Part shown: piece by piece, positions 12,216 through 22,299 of the stretch | Layout: every line of letters begins with the position of its first letter | Numbering within the stretch: the first letter of the stretch is position 1 | Source: Torpedo marmorata | Lineage: Eukaryota | Direction of reading: 5' to 3' | Assembly (NCBI GenBank): GCA_977017645.1 | Contig: OZ360221.1 | Span: 151,156,001 to 151,220,000, forward strand | Length of the DNA: 64,000 nucleotides | Program-made: the position numbers and the translations under genes | Notes under the pieces: model-generated | Told to the model about the DNA's origin: nothing | The model's input: only the letters and a program-made list of their open reading frames with translations | Databases searched by the model: none

Positions 12216-13396
12216 GCAACATTGAGGGCCGAATGGTCTGTGCTGAGCTGTGATGTTCTATGTTCTCTATGTTCTAAGTTAAATTACCTACCATTTAGGA
12301 ATAATTACAAAATATAGGAATAAATAAAAGACTCTTAGTTGGCAGCAAGTGTTACGCGAGATTTAAATCATGTTCGGTGGGTTCAGAGAGAAGTGAGTCC
12401 AGACGCAGGCTAACAAAATGGATGATCTTTATTGTACATACGGGAAAATTGTAACGGGGAAGACACAAGACAACACCTGATTCTAAAACAATATAGGCAT
12501 TCACATCGGATATAGCGATCTCCGATACCAATGGCCACCTACTCTCTCTCTTTATTACACACAAGCAATAATAATTGGTAACTAACACACTCTTACAAGA
12601 CAGAGACTTTAACACGCACTCTCGGTTCCATGTACCAACGGGGTGCGGCTCAATGCTAAGTATTCCCACACAATACTATGGTCCCACTCTCAGTGTAGTG
12701 CACACCTTACCAACGACTCTTCCAGCGATGTCCACAGTTCTCGGCCTGGCGTAGAGCAGTAATCATAGTCAGGACCAAGGAGCAAAGAGAGACTGATCAG
12801 CTGCACATGGTGGGCTTTTAAAGTGCAGTAAGCTGGGGAACTGGCCCAGGTAATGTAATAAGTTAAAGGGGCCAATGGTCAGGTGTGCACTAATGGGTGT
12901 GCAGAGTCCAACCTTGATTGGCAGGTGATGCGACTTCCAACTAGGTTCCAGTTAGAGAGGTCACGTGACCCTCCACAATCCACATTCCCAACAAGTTCCA
13001 GATGAAGAGGCCACGTGACCCTTCACAATCCACTCTACATTCCACCCCTCGGAAGTCACACCACTCGCCAATCATCTACAAACTTGATCAATAACATTAT
13101 GTACAATGGTTAACAGAAAAAGAAAATAAATCTTCAACTGACAGGTTACGATACTTATACTAAATGATGTGTACACAAACCGTGCAAATCAAAATGTACA
13201 ATAAATACAGAGGTAACACAAGTGCCTTTAAAATGAGGGACAAGGCACATCAGCAGGGGAAGGTGATGTTTCTGGAAATGACAACACTCCACCAGCTCTT
13301 CCCCTGAATGAACAGGGTCGTTGTGTTCCCGATGGAGTGGTGTGCTGCGGGAACTGCTCCCCAGTGTGAGAGAGGAGGAAAATAATTGTTTTTTAG

Positions 13397-14200
13397 TCAC
13401 TGATTCACATACGTTGTCTCTCCGACTTGACTGGCATGTATGTGCACCTTTGCCACCAACATCAGGACCAGTGCCACCACCAACTGCGACAGGCAGTGCA
13501 AGGCCATCCTTCAAGTCCCATAGCCCTTCCTTGAGCAGCACTTCCCATGCATTGGCCATCCATCCGGGCGCTCCCCTGTCATTGTGAGGCACACAGCCCA
13601 GATGTCCACCGCCGTGCTGTCCCATGGGGAAGCAGGGGTCGGCCCGGCAGATGTGCATCGAGGGCATTCCGGTACTTGCCTGGGAGCGCCCCCATTTTTC
13701 TGGCTACTGTCTGGCACCAGGATGCAGTTCCGGCTCACTTTCTCTCTGTGCATGGACCAGTATCTACTGAAATGGGTGCAACATATGGCCTGCCCTGGCT
13801 CATTTAACGGACTCACATGGAGAGTCAGGACTGTGTAGTTTCCGAATTAAGAGTATTTATTAAAAAAAAGGTTCCTGAAGCACTCACTCCATGGGGAATT
13901 GTTAGGAGTGGTGTTATGGTGGGGGGGGGGGGTGGGGGCGAGAGTAGATGAATGCTGTCATTACTGAAAGGTTACATTGTGAAAGTGTTTATACAAAATG
14001 CTCCTGCTGCTGCCATTGGCTGGTGGTGATGGGTGGAAGACCGTCAGAAGCAGTGATGAGAGCGCAGCAGTCTGGAGTGGAGGTGCTGTGGGCGTCTCAA
14101 TGTTGTGGTCTTCCGTAGTGCTGAGCTTGAAGTGTAGTTGGTCTGCAGGGTGGGTGGGAATATCTCACTCTCTTTTTGAGAGTCTGTTAGTGTGTGGCAT
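13397..14200 (-). pseudogene. Env-position ORF remnant: short putative type I membrane glycoprotein
   Basis: Reconstructed by hand across stops and frameshifts: hydrophobic AALSSLLLTVF, sequons NGS/NVT/NDS/NTT/NYT, Cys-rich body (ORF 13511-13816), then after one TGA in the same frame MALHCLSQLVVALVLMLVAK...TYVNQ*. Confidence 0.4.
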
Positions 14201-15128
14201 GACAACGACATTTCTCCCGGGAATGCAACCCATCGCGTGTCTGCCGGTCCGCGTGCAATTACTTCCCCCTTTTTAGCTGGACCCTGTGGCTACCGGACTC
14301 CTCAGAGTCTTGTAGGTTAACCTCGTCTGTTTTCTGTAGGTCTGAAGTGGACAAATGTCGTGAAACCAGGGACCTCCCCCCACTCCCGTGCAGTGGGGTG
14401 CAGGTTTAACTGGTCCACCGCTTTTTGCAGCATGCTGAGCCACCCCTTCAACGTGTCGTCGGGTGTCAGCGTGCGCAAATTTTGTTTGAGGAGAGCATTC
14501 ATCCCTTCAATGAGCCTGGATGCCAATGGGTGGTAGGGGATGTGCAGCAGCCAGGCTCCACCGCCCAGTTCTGTATTTTGGTCCCCGTAAAGTGTGAGCC
14601 CTGATCAGACTGAACCTTCCACGGGACTCCATAAATGGAGGAGAGGTACTACAGTCCTTGGATAGTGTTGTCCTGGTTGGCCCCCTCGCAGGGCACTGCC
14701 CCCAGGACACCAGAGTAAGTGTCCACCATCGTCAGGAAGAAGCTCCTTTTATTTTGGCATTTGAGAGGGCCGACATAGTCTATTTGCAAGACTTGGGCAT
14801 CTCCCGTGCCGCGACATACTGTCTGTGCCCCGGTGCACTCGTCGGCCAGCCCTGTGGTTTAGTCAGCTGGCAGGTGGGACAATTATCCACCACTGTCCGT
14901 GCCTCATCATGAGTAAGAGCCACCCCTAAGTCCTCCCCACACCGTCGCGTGCTGTCAGAACCCCGGTGGCCGCACTTTCTATGCGCCCATGCTGCCAGGG
15001 CACTGGAATCTGTATCGTCGTAGTGGGTGGAGGCTGAGCAGATTTGCACTGCATGGTCCACGGCAGCGTTATGTGTGACTCTGCCGTGTCCCTATTGGCA
15101 TGGGCTTCCACAAGGTGAACCGTGAGCA

Positions 15129-15617
15129 ATTGATTTAGCCGTTTCAAAAAAATGCATTGCTATTACTTGGAAATCAGATTTAGATTTAAGTTTAGAAAGG
15201 TGGCATGCTGAACTTCATTCGTGTATACCATTAGAAAAGATTACTTATAATTTACGCAATAAGTATCTTTTTTTTTTGAAAATTTGGAGCCCATATATGA
15301 GAGTTATGGGTTTAACGATTTGAAAATCTCTAGATATCAGGTCTACTGGCGAGTTTAACCTCCATGATAGAATTAGTTTGTAGATGGTTCTCCCCTCACT
15401 ATTATTCTATCTTTTTCTTCTTTTTTTTACTATACTTCATATTTTTTTTTATTATATATTTTTTTAATTAGAATAGTGGGGATGGGGGGGTTTGGGACGG
15501 GAGGGTGGGTACGGGGGGAGAAAATATATATCACATGTATTTTGAAAGCTATACATTTTAATCTATGTATTTTGTGATTTAAAAATTTAAATAAAATAAT
15601 TTTAAAAAATTTTTAAA
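15129..15617 (+). mobile_element. 5'-truncated L1 inserted in ERV pol
   Basis: 17-bp TSD AAGGTGAACCGTGAGCA (15112-15128 and 15618-15634), ORF2 C-terminus KKCIAITWKS...CIPLEKITY like that of 56048-58912, A-rich tail. Confidence 0.92.
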
Positions 15618-17125
15618 AAGGTGAACCGTGAGCACCCTCTACCCAGCCTGCTCCCAGACATACTTACTTCCAGTGCTGCTGGCCCCAAAGCGGGCGGCTG
15701 TGAATCTGCCACCTCGTGTCGTGCCAGCGGGCCATCCACAACGCCATCCCATTCACCACTGCCCATGAGTCCGTACAGATACGGAGTGGACCCATTGTTT
15801 CTTTAATCGTGAGAGCTACCGCAGCCAGCTCCGTGAGCTGACTGGATCCTCCCCTCCCTTGCTGAGTCAGGGTCTTACCAGTGGCGGGGTGTAGAGCCGT
15901 TGCTTTCCATAGCTGCCTTCCATTCTTCCAATGACTCGAGTCGTCTGTAAAACATACCTGCTGTTGTTTATCGAGGGAGTCGTACGGCTGACCCCAGGAC
16001 ATGGGAGAGAGATGTACATCAGGGACCTTGGGAAGCGGACCCTCACTCTCGGGGAGGGACATGACTTGCCTACTGACCCCCTCTGCCCCATCCTCTGCCC
16101 GGTCCACGATGTACCATCTCCATTTTACAATGGAGGACTGCTGGGCGCGGCCCTCTTTGTGGGTGTCATCAGTGGACTCGACCCACCGCATGATGGGTAG
16201 GTAAGGCTGGAGTATTATGGTCTCAGCAGCCGGTTGGTGCTCCGTGGTGAGGAGTGCCAGATAGCACACCAGGAGCTGGCGTTCAAAAGGGCTGTAAAGG
16301 GAGGCGGGCTCGGTGAAGGTTTTGGTCCAGAAGCCGAGTGGAACTCTGCGGCCATTAACTTTCTGCCAGAGACTCCACTCGGCCATGGTGTTGGTGGCGG
16401 AAACTTGAAGTTCAAAGGGGACCCCTGTCTGTCGGGAGGCTAGCGGCAGTACCTGCTCAATAGCCTGCTTAGCCGTGTCAAACGCCATCTGCTGCTCGGG
16501 ACCCCAGTGGAACCTGACTTTTTTCCTGGAGACTGCATAAAGCGGGCGAACAGCATGATGAGGTGGGGAACATGCTGCCACCAGTAGCCTAAAAGGCCGA
16601 CGAAGCTCTGGATCTCGGCTTTATTGGTGGGCACCACAGTGTTTAAAATTTTATTCTTGGCCACCTCCAGAATGTTCCTCTTCCCTGAGTGGCATTGAAT
16701 ACCCAGGAAGAGGACCGTGTGGCTGGGGCCCTGGACCTTCTCTGGGTTGACTGCCCAGCCATGGGCACGGAGTCCTGAGGTCAAAGACTCTAGTGCTTGC
16801 GCTATGATCTCTTCGGCGAGGCCCTGGAGGAATATATCATCGATGTAATGGGTGAAATCGACGTCAGGGGGAAGGGCAATATTTTTTGCATCGCAGGCTA
16901 TTAATCCGTGGCAGAATGTGGGGCTGTGTATGTATCCCTAGGGCGGCTGACAGAAGGTGTATTGAGTGCTCCCCCAGGTAAAAGCAAACTGGTGCTGTGA
17001 AGAAGGACTCAAGGGGATGGAAAAGAACATATTGTTGAGGTCCACCATGGCATACCAACGCTTGGTGTCCATGCCCCCGATGTCCTCCGCGAAGGTGACC
17101 ACATCAGGAATAGCAGCAGTGAGAG

Positions 17126-20100
17126 TGTGGTAAACCACTGTTATGTGTATTGTGGGCTGGGGATTAGTATGGGCATGTCCTGCTGTCTGTCCCGGTGGCT
17201 CCTCCCCTTCCCTGGCTGTCCTGGTAACCCCTCCCCCTTCCTCCCCCGAATAAAGGCTCTTGTGCCACTGCTCCACCCTCAGTCCGGGATAGATCAGCAG
17301 GTCAACTGTAGCTTCCTTTATAGATAATAAAAGCCTACTGTTCGTATTCTACTCATCGCCTCTTGAATATTATTGATAGGCCTATCAATTTTATTATCTA
17401 TAAAAATCTGATGGAGAGCGCCCTGAGACCGGACAAGTTGGACATCGATCCACTAGCTCCAGACGCCGGTAATGCTTTCGAACACTGGCTGCGTTGTTTC
17501 GAGTCTTTCTTAAGGACGATCAAGGCGGAAAGCGAGGACGAGAAACAGATGGTCCTCGTGTCCAGGGTAAGCCCTCGGTTATATTCAACGATCCGGGACT
17601 GTAAAACCTACGTGGTGGCTATGGATGCCCTAAAAAGAATATATATAACGCCAGTTAACGCGGTCTACGCAAGGCACCGGCTATCAACGCAGCATCAGCG
17701 GCCCAGGGAGTCGATCATCGAGTTTGTCAGGGACATACAGTCGCTGGTGCGGGCGTGCGACTGCAAAGCGCTGACGGCAGAGGAACATGCGGAACTGCTG
17801 GGGAGAGACACCTTTGTCATGGGGATCAGGTCGGTATACGTGCGCCAGCGGCTGCAGGAGCACGCCGACCTGGACCTCCGTACCGCGGTTGCAATGGCCC
17901 ACATGCTGGAGGCCGCGCTGCGGAACTCTGACGCCATGCAGGCGCGCGACCTCCAGCCGGCCACGTGGACAGCCCCATCCCCCAACCCTGCCAGCGAGCT
18001 GACCGCCGCCGCCGTCTGCCGCGACCCGATTACCGCCGCCGCAATCCGCGAACTCACCGCCGCAGCCGTTAACCGCGAGCCCAAGAAATGCTATTTCTGC
18101 GGGCTCGATAAGCACCCACGCAAACGCTGCCCGGCCCGAGACGCGACCTGCTCCAGCTGCGGCAAGAAAGGCCACTATGCAAAGGCCTGCCGCTCTAAGC
18201 CACGAGCGGGTCCGAGCAGCACCACGTGCGAGATATGGGAGCGGCCATCTTACCTTCCGTCACTTCCGGCGTCGTATTTGCCCATAGTTGCGACCTCGTG
18301 CGAGGAGTGGAGGCGGCCATCTTTGACACTGGCACTTCCGGCGCCGCCATCTTACAGCACCACATCGGCACTTCCAGCACTTCCGGTGCCGCTATCTTGC
18401 AGCTCCAGCAGCCGTGACACGTGCGACCCACGGGGGCGGCCATCTTCTTCAGCGCCGGATCAAGACGACTACATCCCGACTCTAGCATCCGTCACCCTCG
18501 ACCAGAGTGTGCCCCACCAGCTGTCCCGATCCATGATGGACATCCTGGTGGAGGGGCACAAGACCACCTGCCTGTTCGATACAGGCAGCACGGAGAGCTT
18601 CATACACCCGGACACAGTGCAGCACTGTGGCCTAACTACCGTACCGGTAAGCCAGAGGTTGGCCATGGCGTCCGGGTCGCATACAACGGACATCCAGGGG
18701 GGTTGTGTGGCGAACATTGTAGTACAGGGAACAGAATATCGGCACTTCTCGTTATTTGTTATGCCTCGTTTGTGTGCGCCGGTATTACTGGGACTTGACT
18801 TCCAGAGTCACTTACGAAGTGTCACGATGCGCTACGACGGCCCCCACCCTGCAATCACTGTAGCGAACCACCAGTTCCTGGACAACACGCCTCAGACTAC
18901 CTGTGGTCTCTCCACACTTAAGGTCTCACCCCCGTCGCTATTCGCCAACCTGACCCCTGACTGTAAGCCCGTGGCAACCAAGAGCAGGCGATACAGTGCA
19001 GGGGACAGAGCGTTTATCAAGGCGGAGGTGAAGCGACTATTACAGGAGGGGATCATCGAGCCAAGTAATAGCCCCTGGAGAGCCCAGGTAGTCGTGGTAA
19101 AAGGGGCCAAGAGCAGGATGGTGGTGGACTATAGTCAGACTATTAACCGATTCACGCAACTGGACGCATACCCACTGCCACGAATAGCGGATATGGTGAA
19201 TCAAATAGCCCAGTATAGGCTACTTTCGACTATAGATCTGAAGTCAGCATACGACCAGCTCCCTATCCGTCGGGAGGACCGCACGTACACCGCTTTCGAG
19301 GCAGACGGCAGGCTGTTCCATTACCTGCGCGTTCCGTTCGGAGTCACAAATGGGGTGTCCGTATTCCAGCGGGAGATGGACAGGATAGTCAATCAGTATA
19401 AACTTAAAGCCACCTTCCCATACCTGGACGGCATCACCATATGTGGTCATGATCGCCAGGATCATGATAACAACCTTCGGAGGTTCCTGCAGGCGGCCAA
19501 GGCGCTAAACCTCACGTATAACAAAGATAAATGCGTGTTCGGGACCACCCGACTCGCCATTCTGGGGTGCGTCGTCGAGAACGGGGTTATTGGACCCAAC
19601 CCCGACCGCATGCGGCCCCTGCTGGAACTTCCGCTTCCCCTCACCCCCAAAGCCCTTAAACGATGCCTCGGGTTCTTCTCGTACTATGCGCAGTGGGTCC
19701 CTAATTATGCCGATAAAGCCCGACCCCTTGTCAAATCCACCACGTTTCCCCTCGCATCGGAGGCACGTAAGGCTTTTGACCTTATAAAAGGGGACATTGC
19801 ACGAGCAACAATGCACGCGGTGGATGAATCGACATCTTACCAGGTGGAGAGTGACGCATCGGACTTCGCGCTGGCTGCTACCCTCAACCAGGCGGGAAGA
19901 CCGGTGGCGTTCTTCTCACGGCCCCTCCAAGGCCCCGAAATTCGGCAATCCGCGGTTGAGAAAGAGGCCCAGGCCATAGTGGAGGCTATTAGACACTGGA
20001 GGCACTATCTCGCCGGTAAGCATTTTACCCTGCTGACAGATCAACGCTCTGTTGCGTGTATGTTTAACACCCAGCAGCAGGGTAAGATCAAAAACGATAA

Positions 20101-21694
20101 GATCATGAGGTGGAGAATAGAGCTCTCCACCTACAATAACGATATCCTGTACCGGCCCGGGAAGCTCAATGAGCCCTCCGATGCTCTATCCCGGGGATCG
20201 TGCGCCAGCGCGCAGATCGACCGATTATACTCCCTACACTGTGACCTCTGCCACCCAGGAGTTACCAGGCTGTTCCACTTCGTGAAAGCCAGAAACCTGC
20301 CCTACTCCCTGGAAGAGGTCAGGACAATGACCAGCATTTGTCGGGTCTGCGCGGAGTGCAAACCACAGTTCTACCGCCCCGACAAGGCACAGCTGGTCAA
20401 AGCCACCCGCCCTTTTGAATGTCTCAGCATCGACTTCAAGGGCCCCCTTCCCTCCACGGACCGCAATGTGTATTTCCTCAATATCATTGACGAATACTCG
20501 CGGTTCCCCTTTGCCATTCCCTGCCCCGATACTTCGGCTACCTCTGCCATTAAAGCTCTTCGCCAGGTATTTACTCTATTTGGCTTCCCTAGCTATATAC
20601 ATAGCGACCGGGGATCAGTTTTTATGAGTGAGGAGCTGCGACAGTACCTGCAGGCCCGGGGCATCGCCACTAGTAGGACCACGGGGTACAACCCACGGGG
20701 TAACGAACAAGTGGAAAGGGAGAACGCCACTGTCTGGAAGGCCGCGCTCTTGGCTCTCAAGTCCAAGGGACTGCCGGTCTCCCGCTGGCAAGAGGTTCTC
20801 CCCGAAGCCCTCCACTCTATCCGGTCCCTGCTGTGCACGTCCACAAATTCAACCCCCCACGAACGACTTTTCTCCTTCCCCAGGAAGTCGACCACCGGAA
20901 CCACCCTACCTGCCTGGCTGACGTCCCCGGGACCTGTGCTGCTCCGCAAGCACCTTCGGAGCAGCAAATACGAACCTATGGTCCACAGGGTGCAGTTAGC
21001 CCACGCTAACCCTCAATATGCCTACGTGGTCTTCCCTGATGGGCGGGAAGACACAGTGTCAATTCGCGACCTGGCGCCCGCAGGAGCGCCGGGAGAAGCC
21101 CTCGACATGGAAGACCAATTGTCGCAGCCCCTCCCCATCCCCCCCCAGCACGTCAGCTCCAGCACCCTCGCCAGGGCCGAATGCGCCACAAGAAGCCAGG
21201 TAGGAGGCAACTCTGCAGACAACCCTGACATCTCCCCCATCACCACAACCCGCCCCGTCACCGCGGATACTACGCAGGTCGCAGCGGCGGATCAGACCGC
21301 CTGATCGGCTCGACCTGTAAATGTGAATGTATATATCTGTTTATATCTTCAGTTTTTCTTGCATTTGTATCTTGTAAAATAATCACAGTGGCCACGTCAC
21401 CCCGTTGGATTCTTTTAAAAAGGAGGGGTGAATGTGGTAAACCACTGTTATGTGTATTGTGGGCTGGGGATTAGTGTGGGCATGTCCTGCTGTCTGTCCC
21501 AGTGGCTCCTCCCCTTCCCTGGCTGTCCCGGTAACCCCTCCCCCTTCCTCCCCCGAATAAAGGCCCTTGTGCCACTGCTCCGCCCTCAGTCTGGGATAGA
21601 TCAGCAGGTCAACTGTAGCTTCCTTAATAGATAATAAAAGCCTACTGTTCGTATTCTACTCATCGCCTCTTGAGTATTATTGATAGGCCTATCA
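17126..21694 (+). mobile_element. Full-length Gypsy LTR retrotransposon B (TGTGGTAAACCAC group) inserted in the ERV RT
   Basis: 262-bp LTRs 17126-17387 and 21433-21694 (about 8 differences), TSD GAGAG, PPT AAAAAGGAGGGGTGAA; the ERV RT frame joins across the insertion (RKLNKVS..LTAAIPD). Confidence 0.97.
17411..21304 (+). CDS. Single-frame Gag-Pol polyprotein of Gypsy B (about 1297 aa)
   Basis: ATG 17411 (MESALRPDKL, homologous to the element A start); two Zn knuckles, LFDTGS protease, RT, RNase H, HHCC/DDE integrase. The native end RRSQRRIRPPDRLDL* (21320) is in another frame, implying a frameshift in the tail. Confidence 0.93.
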   Translation: MESALRPDKLDIDPLAPDAGNAFEHWLRCFESFLRTIKAESEDEKQMVLVSRVSPRLYSTIRDCKTYVVAMDALKRIYITPVNAVYARHRLSTQHQRPRESIIEFVRDIQSLVRACDCKALTAEEHAELLGRDTFVMGIRSVYVRQRLQEHADLDLRTAVAMAHMLEAALRNSDAMQARDLQPATWTAPSPNPASELTAAAVCRDPITAAAIRELTAAAVNREPKKCYFCGLDKHPRKRCPARDATCSSCGKKGHYAKACRSKPRAGPSSTTCEIWERPSYLPSLPASYLPIVATSCEEWRRPSLTLALPAPPSYSTTSALPALPVPLSCSSSSRDTCDPRGRPSSSAPDQDDYIPTLASVTLDQSVPHQLSRSMMDILVEGHKTTCLFDTGSTESFIHPDTVQHCGLTTVPVSQRLAMASGSHTTDIQGGCVANIVVQGTEYRHFSLFVMPRLCAPVLLGLDFQSHLRSVTMRYDGPHPAITVANHQFLDNTPQTTCGLSTLKVSPPSLFANLTPDCKPVATKSRRYSAGDRAFIKAEVKRLLQEGIIEPSNSPWRAQVVVVKGAKSRMVVDYSQTINRFTQLDAYPLPRIADMVNQIAQYRLLSTIDLKSAYDQLPIRREDRTYTAFEADGRLFHYLRVPFGVTNGVSVFQREMDRIVNQYKLKATFPYLDGITICGHDRQDHDNNLRRFLQAAKALNLTYNKDKCVFGTTRLAILGCVVENGVIGPNPDRMRPLLELPLPLTPKALKRCLGFFSYYAQWVPNYADKARPLVKSTTFPLASEARKAFDLIKGDIARATMHAVDESTSYQVESDASDFALAATLNQAGRPVAFFSRPLQGPEIRQSAVEKEAQAIVEAIRHWRHYLAGKHFTLLTDQRSVACMFNTQQQGKIKNDKIMRWRIELSTYNNDILYRPGKLNEPSDALSRGSCASAQIDRLYSLHCDLCHPGVTRLFHFVKARNLPYSLEEVRTMTSICRVCAECKPQFYRPDKAQLVKATRPFECLSIDFKGPLPSTDRNVYFLNIIDEYSRFPFAIPCPDTSATSAIKALRQVFTLFGFPSYIHSDRGSVFMSEELRQYLQARGIATSRTTGYNPRGNEQVERENATVWKAALLALKSKGLPVSRWQEVLPEALHSIRSLLCTSTNSTPHERLFSFPRKSTTGTTLPAWLTSPGPVLLRKHLRSSKYEPMVHRVQLAHANPQYAYVVFPDGREDTVSIRDLAPAGAPGEALDMEDQLSQPLPIPPQHVSSSTLARAECATRSQVGGNSADNPDISPITTTRPVTADTTQVAAADQTA

Positions 21695-22299
21695 GAGAGA
21701 GAAACTTTATTTAATTTCCTATAGTCTATTGTCATCCGCCACGTGCCATTCTTCTTACGGGCGGGCAAGATTGGAATGTTGTAGGGGGACAGAGCGGGTC
21801 TAATGACTCCCTCACGGAGTAATGCATCAATCGCTTCCGCAATCTCTTCAGTGCCTCCTGGCACCTGATACTGTCAGGTGCAGACCACCTCGTGGGGGGG
21901 GGGGGGGGCAGGGCGGAATGATGACCGGAGTCCATTTGGCGGCTCCGAACCCGATGGTTGCCCGGGCAACCCCGAAGGTGAATTTCCCCTTATCGGTGCA
22001 CAGCGACTGCCCCTTAAGTACATTCATGCCAAGAATACACTCGGGAGAGACTGTCACCAGGAAAGGGATGGGACAGGGAGTCTCGCCGCCGATGGAGAGG
22101 CAAAGGGTGACTTCTCTGGCAGCGAGAATTGAGCCACCTAGCCCCTCTATAGAAACCTAGGTCCCCTCCACCCATCGGGGTTCCCGTGGATAATAATATG
22201 CTCGGCCCCGGTATCAACCAGCGCCATCCAGTGCTGGGTATTCCCCTTTTCCCAGTGTCCGGCTACTGGGATAAATGGCCTCGGGTCACCCGGGCGGGA

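Larger units (their letters stand above)
6445..12277 (+). mobile_element. CR1 LINE 3' portion interrupted by a Gypsy element (7261-11682) and a solo LTR (11956-12215)
   Basis: [10 protein letters not shown] and SKFADD motifs at 6570-6680, [13 protein letters not shown] at about 7185; coding resumes after 11682 (FPRAGIANTREH) and ends in a (TTCTATG)n tail. Confidence 0.9.

Noticed and set aside
17363-17410. Predicted 16-aa N-terminal extension of the 1313-aa ORF
   Set aside because: Starts at a TTG inside the LTR; homology with element A places the start at ATG 17411
7346-21300. Many 60-190 aa antisense or alternative-frame ORFs over the Gypsy and ERV interiors (also over 32860-39900)
   Set aside because: Shadows of GC-rich gag-pol coding sequence; no motifs, and not shared between related elements A and B
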